A DNA stretch of 64,000 nt. Source: Curvularia clavata. Lineage: Eukaryota. A program made the position numbers and the translations under genes. Position 1 is the stretch's first letter, and each line of letters begins with the position of its first letter. Under the pieces are notes generated by a model. That model was not told the DNA's origin and searched no databases. It worked only from the letters and a program-made list of their open reading frames with translations. Location of the stretch: contig CP089276.1 in NCBI GenBank assembly GCA_023920165.1, positions 3,968,001-4,032,000 of the forward strand, in the 5' to 3' direction. Below, one piece after another: positions 11,589 to 25,474 of the stretch.

Positions 11589-11709
11589 GGACCTACTTCA
11601 AAAGTAGCTGTAGTTGTCATAGTTATGTATTCTTACTATGTTCTTAGCGCTTACTACTCCTCTGAAAGTGGCTGTATTTGTCACAACTGTTTACTATTTG
11701 CTGTGTTGA
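11589..11709 (+). repeat. Copy A of a ~120-bp dispersed intergenic element (two ~65-bp subunits)
   Basis: Aligns by eye with 59348-59465 (+) and 32266-32388 (-). Cores AAAGTAGCTGTAGTTGTCA and AAAGTGGCTGTATTTGTCAC. Confidence 0.8.
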
Positions 11710-11928
11710 GCCCGTTTTCATTTCCCGATGTCACTGTTTGCAGGAGAACTAATATTACAGCAGCCTGCTAGTGGTGTCAGTAGAAGCAGCATGTAGTCTT
11801 CATTATGCTTTGATCTGGTGTAATGCGCTACCTACTCTAACATGCGGCACGTCACATTCATAGCATTCGCAATGCGACAACTGTATCCTCAACTCCAGCA
11901 ACGCCATGCCCAAGGAACCCAAAGAAGC

Positions 11929-12742
11929 TTAAAGACCCTGCCGTATCCTCTCCGCAAGATGCCTTTTACCAAACTCCCAGGCAGTCAGGAAACCTTGTTC
12001 TGAGAGCTCAATGTTCTTCATCGATGTCATGTCTTGGGCTGGGGGCTTGCTGACACGCGAGGCGACAATGACGGGGTCCGTCTCGAGGATGATGCCGTCG
12101 TCTACCAGCTCGTCGATGGCGAGGGACTGTCGTGGTTAGTCTACGGAGCAATGGGACATTCAGGCACAGGAACACCTACCACAAGGTCGTAGTTTTCGAT
12201 GACAGTGCGCTTATCGACAGAGTTCCTAATACAGTGTTAGATGGCTGCTTAGGTTCAGTTACCGCAGATCCTACGTACTTTAGAAGGATATTGAGAGAGT
12301 CTCTCAAGGCCAGGACGACACTACAATGAGTTAGCACTACACCAGTAGCCTGCGAGCTCGACATGACAGTACCTGTAGAGCAGAACTTCGTTCTCGTCGG
12401 CGCTTCCAACAACATAGAGCATCACGTCCGACTCCATCTTGAACACAATGACCTTTTGGTCGTATAGAATAATGTCGGTTGTCTGCTTGGCTGTCTTCTC
12501 TGCAAAGGTGTCAGACCAACAGCCGCGTAGCATTGGACACGCAGGTGCTACACACCCAAGAGTCCCTTCTCAAAAGCCTTCTGGTCCTTGACCGTTTTGT
12601 ATGCGATCTGGCCGGGGTAGTCGCTTTGTTGACCGGTCGGCGGGTGTGGGTTCGAGTAGTACTTGGTCAGGATGCGGGAGCCATCGTCGATAGCAAGAAC
12701 CAGAATCGCTTGGACGCTGAAGAGGGAGAGAGGGCGCGACAT
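11929..12742 (-). CDS. RET3: Coatomer subunit zeta; introns 12555-12500, 12372-12321, 12278-12226, 12179-12127
   Basis: Spliced protein reads [78 protein letters not shown]. All four introns are GT-AG. Confidence 0.95.
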
Positions 12743-12967
12743 GGTGAGAGGATTCGTGTGCGTCTGTTTGTCTGGTCGCGTCGAGGGTCAATGGGGACAG
12801 GCCGTAGCTGGTGGATGGGGGGTTTTGGTAGGATAGGTGTCTGCTTGCGGAGAAGCGGCCAATCACGGAGGTCGTGGGCCCGAGTCTTAGCGTGCCTTAC
12901 GAACTTTCGACGAGTTGGCGGGCGCATTCTCCACACTGACTTTCAGTTCTGCTGTTTCTCGGTCGAC

Positions 12968-15466
12968 ATGCAGAAAATATCACAGAAATCGCTGGCAGCT
13001 CTTATCTGCCCGTCGGCGCCCTTCCTTGCGCCCCGTCTTCTGCGCACTGCGGTTCCTGCTGCCGTGACAACATTACCATGCCCGCCTTCAACATGCATCC
13101 AGAGAGCGACTTATGCGACTGCGAAGCAAGGCCTCGTTCGAAAGATTTCGCCCCGAAAAGGGAAGAAGTTGCCACCCATTTCTGAAGATGAGGCAAAGGT
13201 GCGTCTTGTCGACTAATTGAATTGAAAGACTTATTGACAATATCAGATTGCCCGACTATTACACCAGTTCCGGAATGCCTGCGAAGCCCGCAATGTCGAG
13301 CTGATCATGGAGCTGTACCCAGCACTGATTTCACAAAATGTACTTAACAGCTTTGACACCCGCCGCATCACACAAGCCCTTCATGTGCGCATACGGAGCG
13401 AACATATCCCCAACAAGCGATCTGCCTTCTTTCCATTCGTCGAACAAGTTGTGAGCGACCTTCGCAAAGGGCGACTAGAGCCACACCACTACGCGTTCGT
13501 TCACATTTTCGGCATACACAAAGAATGCTCACGCTGGAATGATGGGTACGAACTCTGGCAATGGCTGGTCCAGCAGGACGATCGTTATGTGTCGCAGGCC
13601 GCCTATGGTGCCGCTATTGAGCTCATGGCGTATGGAGGAATCATGAGACTACCAGAATTGGAAGAATTGTATGCCGAAGGATTGAAGCGTTTCCCTGGTA
13701 CATTCGCAGAATATCACCTTTCGCCGGATGCAATCATCCCGGATAGGTCTCAACTCACTACCATTGCTGGTATTCCCACTCTTCTGCTGCAGGGCATACT
13801 CACGGCACGAATACTAGCTCGTGACTGGAAAAGGGCATATCTCGCGCTGGATACTGCGCTCCGCATTTTTCCCACTCAGACCCCTTCACGCTATTTTGAG
13901 CTATTCATGACCGAGAGGCCCATCAATGAGGGATATACAGCCTTTATGATAGCTTGTCGAGCTGGAATATGCCTTCGACCGACCCATGTCACAGCGTTGC
14001 TCACAAAACTTCGTGCTGCCATGGCTGCATCTCGTTCTATGGCCGATCGTATGATGCTTCTCCGGGCCATCGCGAACGCCGTGTATGGCTACTTGGAGGC
14101 CGGTGGCCAGATTGAGTCTATTCACGTCAGCTCATTTCTCCGTTCTTTTGAGCTGATACTCCCCGAACCCATGGCTGGGGAAGACTATGTTGGCGAAGCA
14201 GCAAAAATGCGCACCCTGCTTGTTGTGGCTGCCCACGAAATTGTATCCGATCTTATTCGGGCTGGCATGCCTCTTCACATCCAGCCGTTTGAGGCTCTTA
14301 TCTCGATATCTGGCAAGCTACGTGTACCGAATCTACTTGTGAATACCCTAGAGGACATTCAGACAGCCGAACTTGAACTTGGAGACATCGGGACTCGGAG
14401 TGTTATCACATCTGCCGGTTTGATCAAGAACAAAGAGTTGATTGAAGAATATTGGCAGCGCATCGTCGCGAACGCAGAGAAAAACAGTAGGCTGATATCG
14501 TTTGAAGATTGGATCACTTTCACCAAGGCATGCCGAAGAGCTGATCATGCAGATTACTTCCGCAGCCAACTGCTGAAGCTTCCACATGCCATCACAGAGA
14601 GCACCGAACGTATCATTATCCAGCAGATCGATCTGCCGGAAACACCATCGAAAATCCCTGGATCATACCAGTCAATGGCTCTTGAGCAGCTGCAATCTGA
14701 AATGTCGCTGCTCAAGGGACAAACGAAGAACATCGAAGCCGCAGTAATGTCTGGACAACCGCTTGATCTCCGCGCAAACCCCTTCTACATGCACCTAGAT
14801 TCCGAGTACCCACCACTCGCCACTGAGGAAGACCTTAAAAGTCTCTACGATGAGTTCACAACCGACCCACACCAGCCACCGCCTCCACCGCCAGCAGATG
14901 GCAAGCCTATCCCAGCAGCCGTCAGCCCGACCGGAATTCCCCTAGACGAGCTCCGTTTCCGCAACTGGGTCGCCATCCACGAAATGATGGATTCAGCAGA
15001 GACCTACGAATCCGATCTCCAACGCGCCCTCGACGCCGCCATCAAATCCGGGCAGCCCCTCAAAGGAACGCCAGAAGTCCTGCGTCTTCATAAAGAAGAG
15101 TCCAAGTCCCATACCCGCACCGAGCTAGGAAAGAGGATCAGAGAGCTAAGAACTGCCAGTCCACTTGCTCGCAATCTTGTCAGAAAGGTGGACTCCACTG
15201 TTCCGGAAAAGACTGACAAGGTAGAGACTCAGGTTAAACTGCGCAAGCATATAACCAAGGATGAGGGCGAGCGCGTTGTCCAAACTGGAAAAGGCGCACC
15301 GAGAATCGTGTACTATGTTGGCTTAGAGTCGAACCACGACGTCCCGGCTGTATTTAAACGCCACGCAAAAATCCGAAAGGAAAAGGTACAGAATGGAAAC
15401 AAGGAGGATGTGCAGGTCGAGCAGGGTAGCAGTGGTACGGAGGATCAGACCTTTTCCTCTCCGTGA
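12968..15466 (+). CDS. Probable mitochondrial helical-repeat (PPR-like) protein; intron 13199-13246
   Basis: Basic, acid-poor N-terminus ending ...QRATYATAK resembles a presequence. A GTGCGT..TTGAC..CAG intron joins it in frame to the 719-aa ORF. The PPR assignment is only by resemblance. Confidence 0.7.
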
Positions 15467-15726
15467 AAACACGGGTAGACATTTGTAACCTGAATATCTT
15501 GTATAGTAATGTAGCATGAAGGAAACGAACGCTTACTGTATCAACTCCTTGCTTTTCTTTCTTCTCGCCTCCTCTCTGTCAACGATCCGTACCCGAAAAC
15601 ATAACACATATTGCCCACCCGTACTCATCTTTGAAACCCACATTCCCCAGTTTGAAAAAGACGAAAATCAACAATAAGGAAATACTACACCAGTATTCCC
15701 GCATCCCTACCTCCCTCCCCATTACT

Positions 15727-18372
15727 CTACGCCCCAGCATTAAAGTCAAACTGAAACTCGCCCTCATCCCCCAGCATACTCGGATCATACATTCCGTTTC
15801 CGGCAGTAACGAGGCCCTCGAACTGGCCCCAGCTCGCGAGATCCGACCAGTCAAACAGATCCGGACCGAACGTAGGCGGGTTGTACAGGGTATCTTGGAG
15901 GCCGGGCATAGATGAGGGATTTGCAGAGTCTGGTTGCAGTGGAACTAGTGGGAGTAAGGTGTTGCGGTCGGTATTGTTATCGAGGGTGGTGGTTGAGGAA
16001 GAGGGGGGCTGTGGGGGGTTAGTAGTGTTTTTCTGTTTGAATAGAAGAAGTAGGTTGGAAGGAGAGGTGAAGGAAAGGGATGTAAGTATTCGAAACATAC
16101 CTCATCTGTTCCCTGCGCACCCGCCGCTTCGAGTGGATTTAACAATCTTGTTGACTGGCGTTCAGCCTCGACTCGCAGTTCTTCTAGCACCAGACAGTAT
16201 CTACGTGCCAGGCAATCTGTATCTCGCACTGTTTCTAGCTGCTTCTGGCAGTTGACACCTTTCTCGTAATACCCTTCTATTTCAACGTTGTTCTTGACGC
16301 CCAAGCCTTGCTGGATGCGGTGGATGTACAGGACAACAACGGCGCAGAAGGCGTAGTATTGTGTGAACCAGAAGGAGCGGAAGAGATTGGAGGACGTGAA
16401 GACGTCGTTGACGACGCGAACGATGGCCATTGCGGCCTCAAGGCACGCGGTGATGTTGGGAGTCGTGTCATATGTTTTGTTTGGGTTGGCGCTCCAGTTG
16501 GGGTGTGTGGGCATGTGTGTTAGACTTGCAAAGTCTCTTAGCAAGAAGGGGCGGTGAATTAGTAGGATCGCGTGATGGTAGGCTAGATTCAGTACTGATC
16601 GTTGGCGTTGGAAAATTGGGATCAGGGCCTGGCTCTCGACCTCTCCTTGTGGACTGGAACCGGCGAGAAAACCAGAGAGTGAATTGCGCCATGCGTGCAG
16701 GTCTGCAGTGTACTTTGCCGAGAGCTCGATACGTAGGCCTAGACTTGGAGGTCGGATAGAATACAAGTCTCGCAAAACGAGAGAGACGATTCTCGTCAAC
16801 TTAATGTGCTCCACTGGGGCAGTCATGATGCAATGAGTGTGTGGAGGGGTCGGTCTGATATAGGATGGAAGGAGGTCGTTGTCGTTGACAATTGTTGGGA
16901 GCTCCTTCATAACAATATTAGTAGGGATGGCAGGCCTTCGTCAAGAATAACCCTTACCTGGTCGATGTCCTCATCTTTGAAAGTCCGTGGGCGACCAAGA
17001 GCGGCAGCGAGGTACTTGTCTAGAGAGTATGCGCACCAGAATACTCGTCTTCGACTCTCAAGCTCCACGTAATCTACGTTGCTTGAAGGATCGCACTTTC
17101 TACCGCGATTCAAACCAATAGCAAGCATTAGATGTGAAAGCGTACCAAAAAGACTCCAACAGTGGTTGATGCGTGATTGCGTGAGAAGGTAAAAGCACTG
17201 TAAGAGTCGTGCTTGTACGCTCGCCAGTCTTACAGCGCCACGCTCCTTTGACAGCTGGTGCTCAGACGCGAAAAAATAACGGGCACTAGAATGCGTTAGT
17301 CGGATAATTCGCATAGAATTCAAGAAAACCTGACCTGTTCTCTTGCACGGTACTACCAGGAGGCATGTATGCTTGTGCTTGGGCAAAAACCACCATCAGA
17401 AGCGCTGCTTTTGCCTTGCCATCCTCTCTGCCTCTTATCTCACCTAGCGTATCGTAGAACTCATCTAATAGCTTCTCGATACTGGGTCGATGCAGAAACC
17501 TGTGGGTAGGAGCGGCGTAGTCAAAATACCGTTCCACTAATCTTTGCGCGTCAGACTTTGGTGGCAGGAAGAATAGGGATTGATCAAATTCTGGCAGCGG
17601 AGCATCGCCAAAGGTAAATATGGTCGAGTCGTGCGAAAGAGAGGAACTTTGATGCAGACGACGCTGGATACGAATGAGGAAGGATACGGCACTTGAAGAG
17701 CCAACATAGTGGCCTTCCTGGTCTCTTTGCCCTCCTTGAGGTACCGGAGAATCTCTTGTAGAAGAGCGGTTGGTATACTCGGTACCAGTACCCATATTGA
17801 GAATAGTTGAATTGGCATTATTAGTGGGGGCGTAAATTGGTGCTTCCACGGGCGAAGAAGGACTTGGGTAGATCCGTGGGTATTGCATCACCGAAGCAGC
17901 TGGTTCACCTGCTGCAGATGTATTGGACGTTGATAGCTCTCTGTGAACCTGTGGCTGCGGGTTTACCGCCATTGCAGCCTCATCAACGATGACCGACGGG
18001 AGCCTTCCTCGAGTATAAGAGGCAGTGAACTCGCAAGGTAGGCCCGATTTTAAACATAATGCACACGGGCATCTACCAGTACACCTCACCTTTTTCCTGC
18101 ACAGCACGTTAGTAAACGTATAAGGCACGTCACGTGCGCACTGATTTTCCGCAAGCTCACTTCTTACATCGGTCGCAAGCCCTACTGACCCTACTTCTCT
18201 CTTTTTCTTCCCTTCTTCTTTTTGCAGATGGCATCTTTTGGTCGCCTGAGCCTGTGCTGTTTGGTGTGGCTGCCGCGGTGGCGTCCATGCTATTGGCCGG
18301 TGTCCACGTAGACGACCCACGCTTCGCACTGTTGGCAGGGGAGCGCCCCTGGGGTAGGCTACCGTCCTCCAT
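15727..18372 (-). CDS. Zn(II)2Cys6 transcription factor with fungal-specific TF domain; introns 18160-18097, 17334-17286, 16957-16905, 16100-16009
   Basis: Spliced RACDRCKKKKVRCTGRCPCALCLKSGLPCEF. Middle-homology region RRRVFWCAYSLDKYLAAALGRP. Acidic aromatic C-terminal tail (DWSDLASWGQFE). Confidence 0.9.
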
Positions 18373-18933
18373 ACTTTGAGATGTCGGAAATGCTTTTTCG
18401 TTCGACGTTTCCGAATGTTTAAGAGGCGTAGTTAGGAGCTGCAGGGGAGGTCGGATAAGAACTATGCGAATAGCCGGCGTTGCCGGAAAAACCGCGCACT
18501 AGGCCAGAACGGGCGTTGACAAAGTGCGACAACGCTGGGAACGGTAAAAATACTCGAAATTATTACCTCTCTCATCTATGTTCACTGTGTAGGTTCGCTA
18601 AGAGAAGACCTTGTAGTTCTCAAAAGTATCCCGCTCGGATAAGCAATTTCCTCACGTGCTGGGGCAAAAAACTGCCACTCACTTACAAACCATCCACAAT
18701 TCAGACATGCTGTAAGGAAGAGCATGAGTACTCGGCGAAAATAATTAACAGTCTAAACAAGTCAGGAGGATAAATATAATGTGTAAAAATGTCGAAGCCA
18801 ATTCCCAAACACTGAAGTGTCTTTGTGCTACCCTCAGCAAGTGCCTTCTATGTCTTTTGTTGTCGTTACTGATCACCAAATGAGAAGTAGAATAGAGCCA
18901 AAACAGGCACCAGAAAGTGGCCGATGGCCTTTA

Positions 18934-20405
18934 GCCAAGGGTGTTGCAGTTTTAACTTTCCCCTTATCTTTATACCTAGACCCGCAAAGCCTTAACCACA
19001 CAGAACTTGAGCGTTGACCGGGTGGATCAACTGGAGTGGTACAGCCGATAGCTATTACCGAACTCTATTCTTGACGCGAAGACCTACCATCGCAGCTTGC
19101 AACGCTGGCTGAGTGGCAGTAATCCCAGTATATGTGAAACTCACCAGGAGACGAGCTGATGTCTCCGTCACTTCCCCACAATGATGAAAAGTAACTCCGC
19201 CATATTGTTCGGGCAAAGCTCGGAAATAGCAAACACTCGAACAAGTCACTATCTATGTCGACGAGTGCCTGATGCAGAGACAAGCCTGCACGATTGAGAT
19301 GGCGACGCAGATAACAACCAATGTTGTTTCCGATGTCTAGTGATTGAACTGTTCAGTTCTCCGAAAACAACACCGGCGAAACGTGGTTTATAGATAACGC
19401 CAGGGTAATGCCTGAGGCATGCCAAGTATAGGATAATGGGACTATCGCTTGCGTGCTTGCCTAGATCTTGGTACGAGTGGGAATTGCCTGGTGGGGATCC
19501 CCACTTTGGGTGCCGGAATTGGTGTCGGAAGCCAGTGTAAACGTGCTCGTAGTGTGCAAGTTGACTCGTAATGGCCGGATGGGAGCGATGAACCCTCGTC
19601 CTTGAACCATTGGCATACTGTCTAGGCACGCACCCTAGAAACTTCTGCATTGGAAATGGAAGGTCCGGAGAATGAGAGACCCTGCCGCCGGCCGTGCGTG
19701 GGGCTGACCCGAGATTGTTGAGTCCCGTGACCGTGAATGCACTCTTGGCGCAGCAAGTCAAGCCACCGTAAGCGCCAGAGGAGAAAACAAGAGGCGGCGT
19801 CGGAGCCTGGTCCACCATCCATCCTACGCACAAGACGTCTAGACAAGTCGATAACAAGCTTCGCCGTTGGGCACGAGCAATGACGCGCTATCGCCAGGCT
19901 CCCTGGGAATTCGCCTTGCAGGATCCATCAGCGCTTGGCAGAGTGGTTGGGTGCATGCTACTAGCAAGCTCTGCAGTTTGGACGGCTTGGAAGCCGGCGA
20001 CATATGACGTTGGCGTCGTGGCGTTGGACGACTTTTGAGCGGAACTCGGCACAAGTGCGGGCATGCCCAGATTTTAGTCGGTCTGGGCGGGCGGTAGGCG
20101 AGCGGGAAGCTTGGCGAGCTCCAGCAACGAACGCTTGTCACCACCCCACTGTCGTCATACTCGACAACAACCTCATCGACAAAATGTCCAATTCCGACTC
20201 TGGAGAGGCGTATCCAGGGTCATTACCATGTCTGATTGCCCTGTAAGGTCGTCGTCATCAGCCACCATGGCCGGGCCGTGCTGGGAAAACGTGCATACAG
20301 ACTCGCAGTTCTCCGTCCCATAGTGCCGACCAACGGTGGCGTCCTTGCACCGGTCCCAAGATATCTCCCATCATGCCAAGATCTCGATACCGTACGATTC
20401 TTGGC
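18934..20405. promoter_or_regulatory. Cluster of nine GCCARG (PacC/Rim101-type) sites upstream of the ENA ATPase
   Basis: GCCAAG at 18934, 19421, 20375; GCCAGG at 19399, 19893; CTTGGC at 19744, 19934, 20110, 20400. Confidence 0.7.
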
Positions 20406-20523
20406 TGTCGCCATGTCTGCGTGCCGCTTGCATCCCCATCGCTGGTGTTTAAAGGTGGCAGAGTCCCCGCATCTAGAATGCTTGACTCTTCACTTCTCTT
20501 CTTAGTACCCAGAAGCACTCACT

Positions 20524-23500
20524 ATGGGCAAGAAGCAAGCCTCTCTCGAAGGTCACAAGTCTGGCCAGGCTAATGATCCCCTCTCCAAGCCCGCCCATGC
20601 CCTTAGTTGGAAACAGGTCGTTGAAGAGGTCAAGTGTAACGCTGAAGACGGTCTGACCACTGCCGAAGCAAAGACCCGACACGAAAAATATGGCAACAAT
20701 GACTTGGGCGACGATGGAGGAGTATCCCCGGCTAAGATTCTGCTTAGGCAGGTCGCCAACGCCATGACACTGGTAGGTTGACTGAAAACCGCTGCCAGTC
20801 CGAGACAACGGCTAACACAACGCTACCACAGATTCTGATTGCAGCCATGGCGGTCTCGTTTGCCATTGAATCATGGATTGAAGGTGGTGTAGTAACTGCC
20901 ATCATCCTGCTGAATGTCGTCATCGGTTTTGTGCAAGAGTTCAACGCTGAAAAGACAATGGACTCTCTTCGGTCCCTGTCTTCACCCACTGCAACCGCTG
21001 CCCGAGACGGCAAAACAGTTACGATCCCAACTATCGAGGTAGTGCCTGGCGACTTGATCGAGCTGAAGACAGGTGACACTGTCCCAGCTGATATTCGGTA
21101 CGGTCTCTCACACTAAACTTAACTTCAAGATCTCCGTCACTAACCCACAAACAGCATCATTGAAGCCTTGAATTTCGAGACTGATGAGGCCCTGCTTACC
21201 GGCGAATCACTACCTGTCTCCAAAGATGGAGATGCCATTTTCGACGAGGATACTGGCCCTGGCGACCGCCTGAACATTGCCTACAGCTCCTCCACCGTTA
21301 CCAAAGGGCGTGCTCGCGGCGTGGTCTTTGCTACTGGCATGCACACTGAAATCGGCTCCATTGCAATGTCGCTCCGACAGAAGGGTTCTCGCGTGCGAGA
21401 AGTCAAGCGCAAGCCCAACGGAAAGGCAATGCCGCATCGCTACGCTCAGGCATGGTCTCTGACTTTTGCTGATATGGTTGGCCACTTTCTTGGTGTAAAC
21501 GTCGGTACTCCGTTGCAGAAGAAGCTTGCGCGTCTTGCCATTCTCTTGTTTGGTGTTGCAGTCGTCTGTGCCATCATAGTGCTTGCTGCCAACAGTTTTT
21601 CCAACAACAGCGAAGTCATTATCTACGCTGTTGCAACTGGTCTCTCGATGATTCCAGCATCCCTCACCGTCGTTCTTACCATTACCATGGCTGCCGGTAC
21701 TAAGCGCATGGTGCAGCGCCACGTCATTGTGCGCAACCTCAAGTCCCTTGAGGCTCTTGGTGGTGTTACCGATATTTGCTCCGATAAGACGGGTACCCTT
21801 ACCCAAGGAAAGATGGTTGCGAAGAAGGCCTGGATTCCCGCCAAGGGCACTTACTCTGTTGGACAGTCGGACGAGCCGCACAACCCCACTGTTGGAGCTC
21901 TGACTTTCACTCCCAAGCAGCCTCGACACATCGATGCTGACATTGACGAGAAGACTTCGACCTATGAGGAGCTTCTCGAGAACAACCCGCATCTGGTCGA
22001 CTATCTCAAAGTTGCATCGCTTGCCAATCTGGCTCATGTTCATCAGACCAATGAAGGCCAATGGAATGCACGAGGTGACCCCACGGAAATTGCTATTCAG
22101 GTATTCGCTTCTCGCTTCAAATGGAACCGCCTAGAGCACACCGGTGGTGATACACCCGCCTGGAAGCAACTCGCTGAATTTCCCTTTGACTCGGATGTTA
22201 AGAAGATGTCTGTCATCTTCGAAGAAGCTGCTACTAACAAGAAGTATGTCTTCACCAAGGGTGCGGTTGAGCGTGTCATTTACTCATGCACACACGTATT
22301 TACCGACGAGAGTGAGTCTGCCATTGAGCTGGACGATGACTACCGTGAGGAAATTCTGGCCAACATGGAGTCGCTGGCCGCCATGGGACTGCGAGTTCTA
22401 GCTCTCGCTAGCAAGGAATACGACGGACCTTCTCCAAACAAGGGCGAGGAACTTGAGCGTGAGGGCATCGAGAAAGATCTCATCTTCCGCGGTCTAGTCG
22501 GTTTGTATGATCCTCCTAGACCTGAAACGGCTGGTTCGGTGCGCCAGTGCCAGAAGGCCGGCATCGAAGTCCACATGCTTACTGGTGACCACCCTGGAAC
22601 TGCCCGCGCTATCGCTATTGAAGTCGGAATTGTACCCTCTAACATGGGAACCCTTCCCAAGGAAACCACGGACGCCATGGTTATGACCGCATCTCAGTTC
22701 GACAAGCTGACCGACGATGAAATCGACGCCCTCCCACTTCTTCCTCTTGTGATCGCTCGTTGCGCCCCGAACACCAAGGTCCGCATGATTGACGCGCTCC
22801 ATCGACGAAAGGCCTTTACTGGTATGACTGGTGACGGTGTCAACGACTCTCCATCACTGAAGCGTTCGGATGTTGGTATCGGAATGGGCACTGGATCGGA
22901 TGTCGCCAAAGACGCCTCTGATATTGTTCTGACCGACGACAACTTCGCATCCATTCTCAACGCTATCGAGGAGGGCCGCCGCATGTTCGACAATATTCAA
23001 AAGTTCATTCTTCACCTGCTTGCCCAGAACATTGCGCAGGCCTGTGTCTTGCTCATTGGTCTTGCATTCAAGGATGAGAGTGGACTTTCCGTCTTCCCGG
23101 TGTCACCTGTTGAGGTCATGTGGATCATTATGATCACTTCATCGCTTCCTGATATGGGTCTTGGTTTCGAAGTTGCTGCACCCGATATCCTCGACAGACC
23201 ACCACAGAGTGTAAGTTGCCTTGATCGATTAACGCATTCTGAACGTACACTGACTATTTGCAGCTCAAGCGCGGTGTCTTCACCCTCGAGGTCATCTGCG
23301 ACATGTTCGTCTACGGTCTCTGGATTGCCGCTCTCTGCCTTGGTGCTTTCTCTCTCGTCATGTTCGCCTTTGGTGACGGCAACCTAGGATTCAACTGCAA
23401 CGAGTCGTACAACCCCACTTGCGAAACCGTCTTCCGCGCTCGCGCAACCACCTTTGCTTGCCTTACTTGGTTTTCGGTTTTCCTGGCATGGCAAATGTTG

Positions 23501-23902
23501 GACATGCGTCGCTCATTCTTCATGATGCAGCCTGGATCGAACAGGTACTTTACCCAGTGGGCGCGTGACGTCTGGCGCAACAAGTTCCTCTTCTTCTCTA
23601 TTGTTTTTGCCTTTGTCACCATCTTCCCCGTCCTGTACATTCCTGTCATCAACGACAAGGTGTTCAGGCACAAGGGAATTAGCTGGGAATGGGCCATTGT
23701 CTTCATCGCTACCTTTCTCTTTTTCCTCGGCATTGAGTCGTGGAAGTGGGGCAAGCGTGTTTACTTCAGGAGGCTCGATGCGAAGAACGGCGGTGGCAGG
23801 AGGGGCTCGATTGATTTGGAGCAGCGTGTGTTTGAGCGGTACCTCAGCACAGCTATCAGCACTGACAACGAGGAAGTGGGAGACAAGAAGTCTACCTCTT
23901 AG
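20524..23902 (+). CDS. ENA1: ENA-type Na+/K+-exporting P-type (IID) ATPase; introns 20773-20831, 21098-21154, 23211-23263
   Basis: Motifs TGES, DKTGTLT, KGAVE, TGDH and GDGVND. ENA-type SMIPASL in TM4 and NFETDEALLTGES. All three introns are GT-AG and in frame. Confidence 0.93.
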
Positions 23903-25474
23903 ACGAGGTGGCTTGATGTTCTATGACAGATGTTTATTTGCAAAGGAGATTTTTGATTTGTTTGCATAGTATGCGATTACGATACCACATGCAGCTTATG
24001 CTGCGATGGAACGAGTTCCATAGTTTTTGCTGCTTGTTTCGACTAAAGTGTTCGATTTGGGTAGGCTGTGGCAGATATGATCGAGCGTAATTTAGTGAAT
24101 AGCAATGTTTTATGACTATGAACTGCCTTAGATATCAGTGATAATGTGGCTTTCAGTTGTCCTAATTCATTTGAAGCCGGGCTTGGTAAGAAGTTCTGTG
24201 GTCGACCCATATCAAGAACTTTCTTTGAAACCAATAAGAGCAAAGTAATTTCAACACGATTAATACAATGTCAGGCCTGTTTACTTGAGACCGCTATCTT
24301 TCAGAGCGAGTTATGGTACTAAATTCAACACAGCAGCAGTACCGTGCCCGACTCTTGTGCCGAAGATAACCACGACAATCGGCTCAATGCCTCGAGCCAC
24401 ATCCGCGACCTCTCAACCCTTGTGTAAGCGCCACTGCATTCAGGCGCTCCACTACAGCGCACAGGCATCTCTCCACAATCAGTAGTGCCATGGAGAAAGA
24501 ACTTGGCAATATATTTCCGCTCCACTCCACACCAAGGCCGTGCGCGTGGACCTTCTGGGCGCCCAGAGCCCGCTAAAATTCAACCAACCTCTTAGCTTGT
24601 TGCTGCCACACGTCAGCCCAGCCAGCCGAGGGGCTGTACGCGATTCATGAGCGGAGACGTGTGTATCTAAGGTGGGGGTGGGCTCACTGGCAGTGCTGAG
24701 GGGACTCTGTGCATGTGTGCTGATATATGTAAGAGGCGCCAGTTTGTTGTCCTGATCTAAAGGGCATCTGACAGTCTTTTGCCACCGAAATCAATATGGC
24801 AGGAGGAGGCGCAGTGACCTTCCACACCAATCGCATCTCTCGGCTCTTACTGTGTAAGCTCACTGCGTCTAGCGTAGTAATAAGTTCGCTCAGAAGTGCG
24901 CAACCAGAGCGACAGAGTAGGCATTGTGTAGCCGAAGGCTTCACAGAAGCGGTCACCGGTGTGGCCAGATGAAGCCTATTTCTATAGTTGAACAGGGCAT
25001 GTCGCAATGGACGCTAACAACACCGAGTCCGGAGCTGACGACCAAACGATGGGTCGGTGGAGGCTGAGTGGATTGGACGTGTCATACACCCCAACCGGAC
25101 GGGGCCTCGGATAAGACGAAATCCGGGGTCGTCTGGCCTTTAACCTCATAACCAACCCACTGCGGACCTCGCTCTCCCACCCAAACAACCACCGGACGAC
25201 CGCGGAAGCAATTCGCAAAGAGGGCCATTTTACAGCCGACACCCGACGACAACAACTAGGGTCTGTTGGCAGCCCTGTACATACACTGCCGTCAGCTGCA
25301 CGCGCAACCAAGTCCTTTCCGCCTTACCCGCTTTGCGTCAGTCACAGCGCATGCGTTCCCCGCAACTTGCCTATCCGCCTGCATCTCTCCATTGATTCCA
25401 ACCGATACCAAGACCTCCATAAACAGCCATCAACAACCCCATACTGCAACAGTGATTCCAACGAGAAATTCGCA

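Noticed and set aside
21210..22061. 283-aa antisense ORF within the ENA gene, and similar antisense ORFs elsewhere
   Set aside because: Expected shadow of codon bias in a highly expressed gene; no independent coding signal.
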